A stretch of 32,000 bases of DNA, taken from assembly GCF_900167955.1 (NCBI RefSeq), contig NZ_FUYK01000004.1, positions 35,975 to 67,974 of the forward strand, in the 5' to 3' direction. This stretch comes from Candidatus Nitrosotalea bavarica (GTDB lineage: Archaea; Thermoproteota; Nitrososphaeria; Nitrososphaerales; Nitrosopumilaceae). How positions within the stretch are numbered: the first letter of the stretch is position 1; each line of letters begins with the position of its first letter. A program made the translations under genes and the position numbers. The notes below the pieces were generated by a model. It was not told where the DNA came from and ran no database searches. It saw nothing but the letters and a program-made list of their open reading frames with translations. Shown piece after piece: positions 18,847-27,646 of the stretch.

Positions 18847-18952
18847 TAGCGGGGAGTAGATTTGAACTACTGGACTGCGGGTATCTCATCAGTGTTGATT
18901 ATGAGCCCGCCGGGATGACTTAGCCCCTTTAGTCTGACTTCCCCACCCCGCT
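18847..18952 (-). tRNA. Initiator tRNA-Met (anticodon CAT) with a canonical 17-nt intron at 37/38 and about 15 extra nt in the D-arm; CCA not encoded
   Basis: The reverse complement reads AGCGGGG-TG-GGGA-(24 nt)-TCCC-G-GCGGG-CTCATA[intron]A-CCCGC-AGTCC-AGTAG-TTCAAAT-CTACT-CCCCGCT-A. It shows the archaeal initiator hallmarks: an A1:U72 pair and three G:C pairs closing the anticodon stem. It is the only GC-rich island in a non-coding stretch of the window. Confidence 0.88.
18883..18899 (-). other. tRNA intron, canonical position 37/38, with a bulge-helix-bulge fold
   Basis: On the tRNA strand, CTCA (loop and anticodon) pairs with TGAG. This 4-bp central helix is flanked by 3-nt bulges TAA and ATA. 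An inner helix TCA/TGA closes the tetraloop ACAC. Cutting between bulge nucleotides 2 and 3 restores a 7-nt loop CTCATAA. Confidence 0.8.
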
Positions 18953-18973
18953 AAGTGAAGAAATGCTCCAAGG

Positions 18974-18986
18974 GTGATATATACTC
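18974..18986 (-). promoter_or_regulatory. TATA-like box for the tRNA gene
   Basis: The minus strand reads AGAGTATATATC, with its centre about 28 nt upstream of tRNA position 1 (18952). This is the expected archaeal TATA-to-start distance. Confidence 0.45.
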
Positions 18987-19035
18987 TTTAAAAGAATTTA
19001 GAAATAATTAATAGGATTTCTAAAGTCTCAGTTCT

Positions 19036-20130
19036 ATGGATAAAAAAACTAGAATATTGGCAATAATTGCTGCAATTGCAGCTTCAATTTTGATTATCAC
19101 ATCACCGTCAGGTTCTATTGTAATTCCAAAACCAAATTCCAGCTCTACTGGAACTGATGCAGTACAAGTCATTGCAACTAATTTACAAAAACCTTGGGCA
19201 TTAACATTTGGTGATGGGAAAATCTTCTTTACTGAGAAAGTTGGAAAATTAAGAGTTATTGATAATGGTATACTTGTAAATGATTCTGTAGCAGATTTTC
19301 ATGTAGCTGATATAGCCGATGCAGGTCTTCTTGGAATAACAACACATCCTGATTTTGTAAAAAATCATCTGATGTATATTTATTATACCTACAAAGAGGG
19401 CGATAAATTATGGAATAAAGTATTGGAAATTACAGAATCTAATGATAAGATTGTAGATGCAAAAGTGATACTGGATAAAATTCCAGGTGCTGAATTTGAT
19501 GATGGCGGTGTGATAAAATTTGGTCCTGATAAAAAACTCTACATAGGAACAGGTGATGCAACAGATGAAAACTCTGCTCAAGATTTAACCTCACTAGCTG
19601 GAAAAATATTACGATTAAATGATGACGGCTCCATTCCTAATGATAATCCTTATCTAAACTCACCAGTGTACTCTTTAGGTCACAGAAATCCACAAGGCTT
19701 GGCATGGGATGTTCAAGGAAATCTTTACGAGACTGAGGAGGGACCGACAAAAAATGATGAAATAAACCTTATTGAGAAAGGTAAGAACTATGGTTGGCCA
19801 AGTCAAGAGTGTTCGGGTTCGAAGGAATATCAAGATGCCCTTATTTGTTATAATATTAGTGTAGAACCAGCAGGAATAACTTATTATGGTCAAGGAAAAC
19901 TTGATCTCAAAAATAGTCTTATACTTACTACACTCCGTGGTAACATACTATACCAACTACCTCTTCAAAATGGTAACATAACATCGCATAAAATCATCTT
20001 GGATGGATTGGGAAGAATTAGAGAGATTGGAGTAGGACCTGATGACTATCTGTATATTCTTACAGGAAACACAGATGGAGACGGATTTCCGGACAAAAAT
20101 GATGATAAACTCTTGAGGGTTGTAAAATAA
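19036..20130 (+). CDS. PQQ-dependent soluble sugar (glucose/sorbosone-type) dehydrogenase family beta-propeller, membrane-anchored or secreted
   Basis: 364 aa. N-terminal hydrophobic segment ILAIIAAIAASILIIT. GLLGITTHPDF...YIYYT and GHRNPQGLAWD motifs are typical of the GSDH family. Confidence 0.78.
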   Translation: MDKKTRILAIIAAIAASILIITSPSGSIVIPKPNSSSTGTDAVQVIATNLQKPWALTFGDGKIFFTEKVGKLRVIDNGILVNDSVADFHVADIADAGLLGITTHPDFVKNHLMYIYYTYKEGDKLWNKVLEITESNDKIVDAKVILDKIPGAEFDDGGVIKFGPDKKLYIGTGDATDENSAQDLTSLAGKILRLNDDGSIPNDNPYLNSPVYSLGHRNPQGLAWDVQGNLYETEEGPTKNDEINLIEKGKNYGWPSQECSGSKEYQDALICYNISVEPAGITYYGQGKLDLKNSLILTTLRGNILYQLPLQNGNITSHKIILDGLGRIREIGVGPDDYLYILTGNTDGDGFPDKNDDKLLRVVK

Positions 20131-20131
20131 A

Positions 20132-21385
20132 TTGGCAGATTCATCTATTCCAAAATTCCATGAAAAGACAAGGGAAGAAAGACTACATGTATTGAAATTA
20201 TTCTCAAATCTTTCAAGAGAAGATATCAGTATTCTACAGAATGAAGGAGGTATTAATTTTGAACAAGCCAACAACATGGTTGAAAATGTCATTGGAACTG
20301 TATCATATCCTCTTGGCATAGCTACCAATTTCAAAATAAACGGAAATGATTATCTCATTCCAATGGTGATAGAAGAACCATCTGTTATTGCTGCTGCATC
20401 AAAAGCAGCCAAGATTGCAAGAAAACATGGAGGCTTTGTAATGGAAGCTGATGAATCATACAGCATAGGACAAATTCAAGTTGTTGATGCTGATGTAAAA
20501 CTAGCCATTTCAAAAGTAATTGATGCATCAGATGAAATTCTTTCTCTTGCAAATTCCAAAAGTAAAACTCTCTCAAAAATGGGTAAAGGTGCAAAAGAAA
20601 TTTCATGTAAACAAGTTACAACAGAATCAGGTCTGATGCTTGTTGTAGAGATTTTAATAGATGTAGGTGATGCTATGGGTGCTAATGTAACAAATACCAT
20701 GTGTGAGGCAATTGCACCACTGATTGAGAAAATAACTGGTGGAAGAGTGATTCTGAAAATATTGTCTAACTATTCTACAAAAAGATTGGTTAGAGGGAAA
20801 GCTATTTTTGATAAAGAAGAATTGGGCGGTGAAAAAATAGTTGATAATATCATTTGGGCTTATGAATTTGCTGCAAATGATCCTTATCGAGCTGTGACTC
20901 ATAATAAAGGAATAATGAATGGAATTATAGCAGTTGCAAATTCTACTGGACAAGATACAAGAGCAATAGAAGCAGCAGCACATGCATATGCATCAAGATC
21001 TGGACAATATACTTCACTTACAAAATGGAAAAAAGATGAAAAAGGAAATCTACTTGGAGAAATTGAAATGCCAATGTCGGTAGGAACTGTTGGTGGAATA
21101 ATCAACATTCATCCTATGATAAAAATATGTATGAAAATTTTAGGTGTAAAATCAGCCAAAGAATTAGCATGTATAATCGGTGCAGCTGGACTTGCACAGA
21201 ATTTTAGTGCAATAAGGGCATTGGCTTCTGAAGGAATACAAAAAGGACACATGAAACTTCACGCACGAAATATCGCCACAAGCGCAGGGGTTCCACAAGA
21301 AAAGATGACTAATGTAATCTCACAAATGACTAGAGAAGGAAACGTCTCAGTAAATAGGGCAAAGGAAATCTTGGGTAATCTCTAG
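20132..21385 (+). CDS. hmgA: HMG-CoA reductase, class II type
   Basis: 417 aa with ENVIGT, MVIEEPSVIAAAS, DAMGANVTN, THNKGIMNGI...GQDTRAIEAAAHAYA and LAQNFSAIRALASEGIQKGHMKLHARN. These track the class II (Pseudomonas mevalonii-type) catalytic Glu, Lys, Asp and His blocks. TTG start is forced and lies 1 nt after the upstream stop. Confidence 0.92.
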   Translation: MADSSIPKFHEKTREERLHVLKLFSNLSREDISILQNEGGINFEQANNMVENVIGTVSYPLGIATNFKINGNDYLIPMVIEEPSVIAAASKAAKIARKHGGFVMEADESYSIGQIQVVDADVKLAISKVIDASDEILSLANSKSKTLSKMGKGAKEISCKQVTTESGLMLVVEILIDVGDAMGANVTNTMCEAIAPLIEKITGGRVILKILSNYSTKRLVRGKAIFDKEELGGEKIVDNIIWAYEFAANDPYRAVTHNKGIMNGIIAVANSTGQDTRAIEAAAHAYASRSGQYTSLTKWKKDEKGNLLGEIEMPMSVGTVGGIINIHPMIKICMKILGVKSAKELACIIGAAGLAQNFSAIRALASEGIQKGHMKLHARNIATSAGVPQEKMTNVISQMTREGNVSVNRAKEILGNL

Positions 21386-21389
21386 GCGA

Positions 21390-21400
21390 CTAAATATATA
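21390..21400 (+). promoter_or_regulatory. TATA-like box upstream of hisG
   Basis: taaatatatat, centred about 30 nt upstream of the hisG TTG (21426). This is compatible with a leaderless or very short-leader transcript. It lies in the only spacer longer than 30 nt at the head of the his cluster. Confidence 0.4.
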
Positions 21401-21425
21401 TCCAAAGAAGTTTGGTAGGACTACA

Positions 21426-22403
21426 TTGACTCTGGTAAAATTTGCAGTTCCCAAAGGAAGTATAGAAGAAGCCACCTTTAAGATACTTGAAAGATCATGG
21501 ACACGAGTAGTTAGACGGGAAAGAACTTATCGTGTAATATTGGACGACCCACAAATTTCAGTCAAGATGTTGCGTCCTCAGGAAATACCAAATTTGGTAT
21601 TTGCTGGTTTGTATGATGTTGGTATCACAGGAAGAGATTGGGTTAAAGAAACAAATTCAGATGTTGAAATACTTTTAGATCTAGAATATGGTAAAATAAA
21701 ACTTGTACTTGCAATACCTGATTCTTATAATTTCAAATCACTAGATGAAATGATTTTGTCTTATGCAAAGAAGAAAAAAACATTGCGAATTTCTTCAGAG
21801 TATCTAAATACAACTGCTAAATTCATCATGCAGTGTAAGAGCTACAAGAAACTTTATGGTTCAAAGCATCCAATTATTGTAACTCCATGGTTGAGTCAAG
21901 GTTCAAACAAGAATGTTCAGATCTTCCTTTCATTTGGCGCAACAGAAGCAAAACCCCCTGAGGATGTAGATGCAATTGTAGATGTAACAGAAACTGGTAC
22001 TACTCTGACACAAAATCAATTGAAGATAATTGACACCGTGATGGAATCAGCGGCAGTCTTGATTGCAAATAAAACATCACTTAAAGACAAATCAAAAAGA
22101 GAAAAAATTTATGATATCGTAACTATGTTAAGAGGAGCAGTTGAAGGAAAAAAACACCTTCACCTATTCCTAAATGTGAAAGAAGAACATCTTAGCAAAT
22201 TATTACACGATTTGCCATCTCTGAAACGCCCTACCATAAGTCCTTTGAGTGAAAAAGGATGGTATGGCATAAATACTGTGATTCCTAAATCTGAATTCCA
22301 TAAAATGATTCCAAAATTACGAAAGATTGCTCAAGGTTTAGTAGTGCATGAACCAAAACAAATACTGGCACTTGAGGAGATAAAACGTGATGAGGAAAGT
22401 TGA
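21426..22403 (+). CDS. hisG: ATP phosphoribosyltransferase (long form with C-terminal regulatory domain)
   Basis: 325 aa. N-terminal LVKFAVPKGSIEE, GLYDVGITGRDW and DVTETGTTL motifs. First gene of the his cluster. TTG start is forced. Confidence 0.9.
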   Translation: MTLVKFAVPKGSIEEATFKILERSWTRVVRRERTYRVILDDPQISVKMLRPQEIPNLVFAGLYDVGITGRDWVKETNSDVEILLDLEYGKIKLVLAIPDSYNFKSLDEMILSYAKKKKTLRISSEYLNTTAKFIMQCKSYKKLYGSKHPIIVTPWLSQGSNKNVQIFLSFGATEAKPPEDVDAIVDVTETGTTLTQNQLKIIDTVMESAAVLIANKTSLKDKSKREKIYDIVTMLRGAVEGKKHLHLFLNVKEEHLSKLLHDLPSLKRPTISPLSEKGWYGINTVIPKSEFHKMIPKLRKIAQGLVVHEPKQILALEEIKRDEES

Positions 22404-23674
22404 TGCGAATTATAGATGTTCAAGACATAGGTTCTATCATAGAATCAATTAGACCCAAAACAAATGATGACGTAAAACAAAAAGTACTATCTATCATATC
22501 CAATGTACGAAAACGAAAAGATAAAGCCCTTAAAGAATATGAAACAAAATTCAGTGGAGTAAAAATCCATTCTTTAAAAGTTACTAAACAGGAAATAAAA
22601 TCTGCATACTCCAAGGTTGGAAAAGATCAAATCGAAGGCATTAAACTTGCAAAAATGAGATTAGAAAAATCTGAAAATGCTGTACGCAAAAAATTACAAA
22701 ATATGACAATAGTGATTGATGGTGTTGTGATGAAAAAAACATTTTTACCGATTGATACGGTAGGTTGCTATATTCCAGGAGGAAAGGCAAGATATCCAAG
22801 TAGTGTTGTTATGTCTGTTGTTCCAGCAAAGGTTGCAGGTGTTAAGAAAATAATAGCAGTATCTCCTCCAAACGAAAAAGGGAAAATAGATCCATTAACA
22901 CTTGTAGCAGCTGATATTTGTGGTGTGGATGAATTCTATAAAACAGGAGGTGCTCAGGCAATCACCGCCTTGGCATATGGCACTGAATCAATTCCACAAG
23001 TAGACAAGATAGTTGGTCCAGGAGGAGTATTTGTAACTCTTGCCAAATCTTTACTAAGTGAGGTAGTTTCAATTGATATGATTGCAGGTCCTACTGAACT
23101 TGCCATTGTTGCAGATGCTACTGCAGATGCTGAACTTGTCTCACTTGATTTAATCTCTCAGGCAGAGCATAGTCCAGATTCAATGTGCTGCCTGATTACA
23201 AACTCTTTGAAATTAAAAAACTTGGTACTACAATCATTACAACAAAAAATTAAAACAATCAAGAGAGCCTCTATTGTAGAAGAAAGCCTACGAAAAAATG
23301 GGTTCATAGCTATTTGTAGCACAGAACAACAAATGGTTGATTTTGCAAACAAACTTGCACCTGAACACCTTGAAATAATCACAAAAACTCCACAAAAATT
23401 AGCAAAGAAAATAAAATCAGCAGGATTGACATTAATTGGAAAAAACACTCCATCCTCAGCTAGTGATTATCTATTAGGTTCAAATCATATACTTCCAACT
23501 AATCGATTTGGAAGAACCAGAGGTTCACTTGGTGTATTGGATTACCTGAAGATGAATACTCAAATAGAATCCTCTAAACTTGCCTTGGGAAAAATTTCAA
23601 AATATATGAAAGCCTTGACTGATGCAGAAGGATTGCCAAATCACTATGAAGCAGTAAGGGGAAGATTATCATGA
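22403..23674 (+). CDS. hisD: Histidinol dehydrogenase
   Basis: About 423 aa with YIPGGKARYPSSVVM, GGAQAI, GPGGVFV and SQAEHSPDS motifs. The ATG at 22403 overlaps the hisG stop (TGATG); a TTG at 22400 is also possible. Confidence 0.93.
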   Translation: MRIIDVQDIGSIIESIRPKTNDDVKQKVLSIISNVRKRKDKALKEYETKFSGVKIHSLKVTKQEIKSAYSKVGKDQIEGIKLAKMRLEKSENAVRKKLQNMTIVIDGVVMKKTFLPIDTVGCYIPGGKARYPSSVVMSVVPAKVAGVKKIIAVSPPNEKGKIDPLTLVAADICGVDEFYKTGGAQAITALAYGTESIPQVDKIVGPGGVFVTLAKSLLSEVVSIDMIAGPTELAIVADATADAELVSLDLISQAEHSPDSMCCLITNSLKLKNLVLQSLQQKIKTIKRASIVEESLRKNGFIAICSTEQQMVDFANKLAPEHLEIITKTPQKLAKKIKSAGLTLIGKNTPSSASDYLLGSNHILPTNRFGRTRGSLGVLDYLKMNTQIESSKLALGKISKYMKALTDAEGLPNHYEAVRGRLS

Positions 23675-24741
23675 AAAAAGATTGGTTTGAAAAAGAATTA
23701 GAAAAATATTCTAAACTTGTAGGTTACAAGAAACCTGAAAAATATTCTAATGTGATAAAACTTGATTCAAACGAAAATTATGTAGTATCTCAGGAATTTC
23801 TTCAGAAAATGATAAACGAAGTGAAGGAAAACATAGATGTTAGAGAATATCCATTAGGTGGAACAGAAAGATTATCTCAATCTATTTCAAAATACATGGG
23901 AATACCAAGAGAAATGATTGGTGTTGGAAACGGATCTGATCAGATAATTGATCTTATTCTAAGTACCTTTGCTTCTAAAGGAACAAAAATTCTAACATCT
24001 GATCCAACCTTTGGATTCTTTGAAGAACGATGTAAACTATATTCTATTCGTACATTAAAAATTCCATTTGATAAAAATATGACCCTTGATCTAGAAAAAT
24101 TTTTGTTAAACTCCAAGAAAGCTGATATTCTTTATCTTGATATGCCAAATAATCCAACTGGATTTCAATTTCAGAGAAAAGATCTAGAAAAATTGATTCG
24201 GGAATTCAAGGGCCTTGTAATCATAGATGAAGCATATGTGGAATTCTCTGATTATTCTATTGTAGAAATGACAAAAAAAATCAATAATCTTATTGTGTTA
24301 CGAACCTTATCAAAATCGTTTGGATTAGCTGGATTGCGAGTAGGGTATTTAGTGGCTAATTCCAAAATAATTGATACATTTACGAGGGTAATCCAATATC
24401 CTTATCCGTTAAACACTCTGGCAATAGAGATTGGTATAGTGGCATTAAGACAATCCAAATATTTCACAGATATTGCAGATCTTGTCAAGAAAGAACGTTT
24501 ACGAATTATCATTAATCTTAAACAGATGAAAATATTCGAGGTATTTGACTCAAAAGCAAATTTTGTTCTTTTTTCAGCTGGAGGTTCTGGTCAAAGAATT
24601 CACAAGGCACTAATCGAACAAGGTATATCAATTAAAAATCTTGGTAAAATTGGTCAACATGAAGGCTGTCTGAGAGTTACCGTAGGTTCACAAGATATGA
24701 ATTCTAAATTTCTTACAGCTATACGGGATTTATTGAATTGA
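23671..24741 (+). CDS. hisC: Histidinol-phosphate aminotransferase
   Basis: 356 aa, class II aminotransferase pattern. LDSNEN, NPNNPTG-like PNNPTG, IDEAY and the PLP lysine context LRTLSKSFGLAGLRVGY. ATGA overlap with hisD. Confidence 0.9.
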   Translation: MKKDWFEKELEKYSKLVGYKKPEKYSNVIKLDSNENYVVSQEFLQKMINEVKENIDVREYPLGGTERLSQSISKYMGIPREMIGVGNGSDQIIDLILSTFASKGTKILTSDPTFGFFEERCKLYSIRTLKIPFDKNMTLDLEKFLLNSKKADILYLDMPNNPTGFQFQRKDLEKLIREFKGLVIIDEAYVEFSDYSIVEMTKKINNLIVLRTLSKSFGLAGLRVGYLVANSKIIDTFTRVIQYPYPLNTLAIEIGIVALRQSKYFTDIADLVKKERLRIIINLKQMKIFEVFDSKANFVLFSAGGSGQRIHKALIEQGISIKNLGKIGQHEGCLRVTVGSQDMNSKFLTAIRDLLN

Positions 24742-25724
24742 CTTTAAACGAAATACAAAATGGAATCATGATAGATTCCACAAAAATCGAAAAGATAAAG
24801 CAACTAGACTCTATAGTGTTTGACTGTGATGGAGTTCTAATAGACGTGTCTAATTCTTATGATTTGGCTATAAAAAAGACTGTAGATTTTATTATAAAAG
24901 AAATGGCCCAAGTCAATGAATCTGGATTAGTAACAACAAGTATGATAGAAGGTTTCAAGACTAGCGGTGGTTTTAATGATGAAATTGATGTGGCGTATGC
25001 GTTAATACTTTCCGTTGTAGCTGCAAAGAAAAAAAATGAATTATTTTCTAAATTTGTTCTTAAAGTAATAGAAAATACAGATCAGACCGGCATAAAATCA
25101 GTTGAGAAATATCTAGACAGTATCAACATTAATGTTTTTGATATCAGAAAAAAACTATCGTATCCAAGTGAAAAATTCCAAAATCCTCTTTCCTCCATAT
25201 TTGACGAAATGTTCTATGGTTCTGAATTATATGTACAACTTTACAAGAGAAAACCACAGTTTTTTGATGGTTTGGGATTAATTGAAAACGATGTAGTACT
25301 TTTGAATAAAGACCTTGTAAAAAGTTTACATGAAAGATTTGGCAAAAAAATTGCCATTGTGACAGGCCGAGGTCTTCTATCAGCAAAACATTCTCTTAAA
25401 GACCTATTCGATGAATTTGATTTGAATAATTCTAGATTCCTAGAGGATGAGCCACGTGAAATGGCAAAACCAAATCCTCAATCTCTTATATCTACAATAA
25501 ATGGTATGAACGGAAATAACTCGCTATACGTGGGTGACTCTATGGAGGACTATATCATGGCACGTAAGGCAAATGAGTCTGGAGTTTCAACAATATTCTG
25601 TGGGGTATATGGCACTAGCAAGGACCAGGATGCAAAAAGATCTCTATTTGAGAGCAACAATGCCGACATTATAGTCAAATCTATAGATCTAATTCCGAAG
25701 ACATTAAATCTAGTTAGGGCATAA
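24738..25724 (+). CDS. HAD-superfamily phosphatase with a large cap insertion; candidate histidinol-phosphate phosphatase
   Basis: 328 aa. HAD motif I is [11 protein letters not shown], motif II IAIVTGR, motif III AKPNP and motif [14 protein letters not shown]. About 170 aa lie between motifs I and II. The gene is embedded between hisC (TTGA overlap, or ATG at 24768) and hisB. The HAD fold call is solid; the substrate call is contextual. Confidence 0.7.
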   Translation: MTLNEIQNGIMIDSTKIEKIKQLDSIVFDCDGVLIDVSNSYDLAIKKTVDFIIKEMAQVNESGLVTTSMIEGFKTSGGFNDEIDVAYALILSVVAAKKKNELFSKFVLKVIENTDQTGIKSVEKYLDSININVFDIRKKLSYPSEKFQNPLSSIFDEMFYGSELYVQLYKRKPQFFDGLGLIENDVVLLNKDLVKSLHERFGKKIAIVTGRGLLSAKHSLKDLFDEFDLNNSRFLEDEPREMAKPNPQSLISTINGMNGNNSLYVGDSMEDYIMARKANESGVSTIFCGVYGTSKDQDAKRSLFESNNADIIVKSIDLIPKTLNLVRA

Positions 25725-25740
25725 ATCACTTCTCTACTCA

Positions 25741-26337
25741 GTGATTTTAATGAAATCTAGAACAGCTCAAATCAATAGGAAGACTAAGGAAACCGAAGTA
25801 TTAGTTGAGGTAAATCTGGACGGAAAGGGGAAAATTTCTATAAAAACAGGTCTGCCATTTCTCGATCACCTAATCACATCATTATCTAAACATGCAATGC
25901 TTGACCTCAAATTGAATGCAAAATCACTAGATGGAATAGATCATCACCTAATCGAAGATATCGCAATAACTCTTGGAAATGCAATGGATCAATCTCTGGG
26001 TAATAGAGCAGGAATTGTAAGATTTGGTCACTCTTCAGTACCGATGGATGAATCTCTTGCAGAAGCATCACTAGATCTAATCAAAAGACAATATCAAAGA
26101 ATAGACTTGTCTATTGAAAGAAATCAGATAGAAGGAATCTCAAAGGAAGATTTGGAACACTTTTTCAGATCATTAGCACAGAATCTGAACATCTGTATAC
26201 ATGTATCTGTAAAATATGGTGAAAATGATCATCACAAAATTGAAGCTGCGATTAAGGCATTTGCAGTAGCATGGAGGACAGCAGCAGGTTATGATGAAAA
26301 ACAAAAAGGAGTACCAAGTACAAAAGGTGCTATGTAA
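25741..26337 (+). CDS. hisB: Imidazoleglycerol-phosphate dehydratase (monofunctional)
   Basis: R(K)TKETEV...[14 protein letters not shown] and [10 protein letters not shown] motifs (the two conserved His-rich IGPD blocks). The start is either GTG 25741 or ATG 25750. Confidence 0.93.
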   Translation: MILMKSRTAQINRKTKETEVLVEVNLDGKGKISIKTGLPFLDHLITSLSKHAMLDLKLNAKSLDGIDHHLIEDIAITLGNAMDQSLGNRAGIVRFGHSSVPMDESLAEASLDLIKRQYQRIDLSIERNQIEGISKEDLEHFFRSLAQNLNICIHVSVKYGENDHHKIEAAIKAFAVAWRTAAGYDEKQKGVPSTKGAM

Positions 26338-26942
26338 TGGTAAAGGTTGCAATATTTGATTATGGGGCAGGAAACATATTCAGTCTTAAATCATCGTTAG
26401 AGAAAAATGAAGCAGACGTAGACATAATAACCAATCTAGAAAAAATAAAAAATTATTCTGGATTATTTTTACCTGGAGTGGGAAACTTTGATCCTGCGAT
26501 AAAAAGTCTTCATACTTCAAGAATTGCATTTCAAGATTTAGTAAGAAATCAAATTCCGGTGTTAGGCATATGCTTAGGAATGGAAATGTTCTTTGAGAAA
26601 AGTGAAGAAGGAAAATTAGGAGGGCTTGGAGTTTTAGAAGGCGAAGTGATAATTCTTCCAAATAAATTCAAGATTCCCCATATGGGATGGAATGATCTTC
26701 AAATAAAACAACCAAGTGTATTGTTAGAGGGAGTAAAAGAAGGTTCATGGGTTTACTTTGTTCACTCCTATAGAGTGAAACCAAAAAATGAAGATATCAT
26801 CAAGGCAGACTCTGATTATGGAATAAATGTTCCAGCTGTGATTGAAGATCAAACATTATTTGGAACTCAATTTCATCCTGAAAAGTCCGGCAAGGTTGGC
26901 TCTGTTATGATTAAAAACTTTTTACGAGTGTGTAAAAAGTGA
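26337..26942 (+). CDS. hisH: Imidazole glycerol phosphate synthase, glutamine amidotransferase subunit
   Basis: 201 aa with IFDYGAGN, the GICLGMEM nucleophile elbow, and FHPEKS. TAATG junction with hisB. Confidence 0.93.
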   Translation: MVKVAIFDYGAGNIFSLKSSLEKNEADVDIITNLEKIKNYSGLFLPGVGNFDPAIKSLHTSRIAFQDLVRNQIPVLGICLGMEMFFEKSEEGKLGGLGVLEGEVIILPNKFKIPHMGWNDLQIKQPSVLLEGVKEGSWVYFVHSYRVKPKNEDIIKADSDYGINVPAVIEDQTLFGTQFHPEKSGKVGSVMIKNFLRVCKK

Positions 26943-27646
26943 AAATAATTCCTGCTATTGATATAATGGATAATAAAGTAGTACGCCTGGTAAAAGGAGA
27001 CCCAAACAACAAAACTGTGTATAGTTCTGATCCCATTGGAATGGCAAAAAAATGGGAAAAAGTAGGTGCAGATATGCTTCATGTAGTAGATCTGGATGCT
27101 ACACTTGGAACAGGTTCAAATCTTCAAACAATTAAAAAAATATCTGAATCTGTTTCTATACCTATTGAATCAGCTGGAGGACTACGCACAAAGGAAATAA
27201 TAGAAAATGCATTACAATTTTCATCTCAAGTGGTTCTTGGAACTGTTGCTTTTAAAAATAAAGAAATCTTGGAAGAAATTTCAAAGAAATTTGGAAAAGA
27301 TCGAATTGTCATATCTGCAGATCAAATGGAAGGTAAGATTGTGATAAGTGGATGGACAGAAAGTACAGGCATACCACTTATTGAAGGAATTGAAAGTTTT
27401 GTCAGACTTGGATATTTACAATTTCTCATAACTACGGTAGAAAGAGATGGAACTCTTCATGGTCCAGATCTTAATTCTTTACAAAAAGCGTGTAACATAC
27501 AAAATGTAAATATTATTGCAAGCGGGGGAATCTCAAACTTGCAAGATATAGTAAATGTAAAAAAATGTGGTGCATATGGTGTAATTCTTGGTAAGGCATT
27601 ATATGATGGAAAAATATCGGTAGAGGAGGTTAAGACGCTAGCATGA
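26939..27646 (+). CDS. hisA: ProFAR isomerase
   Basis: 235 aa. MKIIPAIDIMDNKVVRL, a (beta/alpha)8 pattern, and SGGISNLQD. The GTG start is forced because the next Met would delete the IPAID catalytic block. GTGA overlap with hisH. Confidence 0.92.
   Translation: MKIIPAIDIMDNKVVRLVKGDPNNKTVYSSDPIGMAKKWEKVGADMLHVVDLDATLGTGSNLQTIKKISESVSIPIESAGGLRTKEIIENALQFSSQVVLGTVAFKNKEILEEISKKFGKDRIVISADQMEGKIVISGWTESTGIPLIEGIESFVRLGYLQFLITTVERDGTLHGPDLNSLQKACNIQNVNIIASGGISNLQDIVNVKKCGAYGVILGKALYDGKISVEEVKTLA

Noticed and set aside
18847-18952. Reading the CAT-anticodon tRNA next to tiaS as tRNA-Ile2, the TiaS substrate
   Set aside because: The A1:U72 terminal pair, the AGCGGGG 5' end and three consecutive G:C pairs at the bottom of the anticodon stem are archaeal initiator tRNA-Met hallmarks. 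Elongator Ile2 tRNAs normally start with G1:C72.
19675-21108. Cluster of tracked minus-strand ORFs (19675-19893, 19957-20334, 20385-20606, 20476-20700, 20654-20983, 20899-21108) that might suggest an antisense gene opposite GSDH and hmgA
   Set aside because: They overlap one another in different frames and lie inside two motif-rich plus-strand genes. None has a recognisable domain or a sensible start context.
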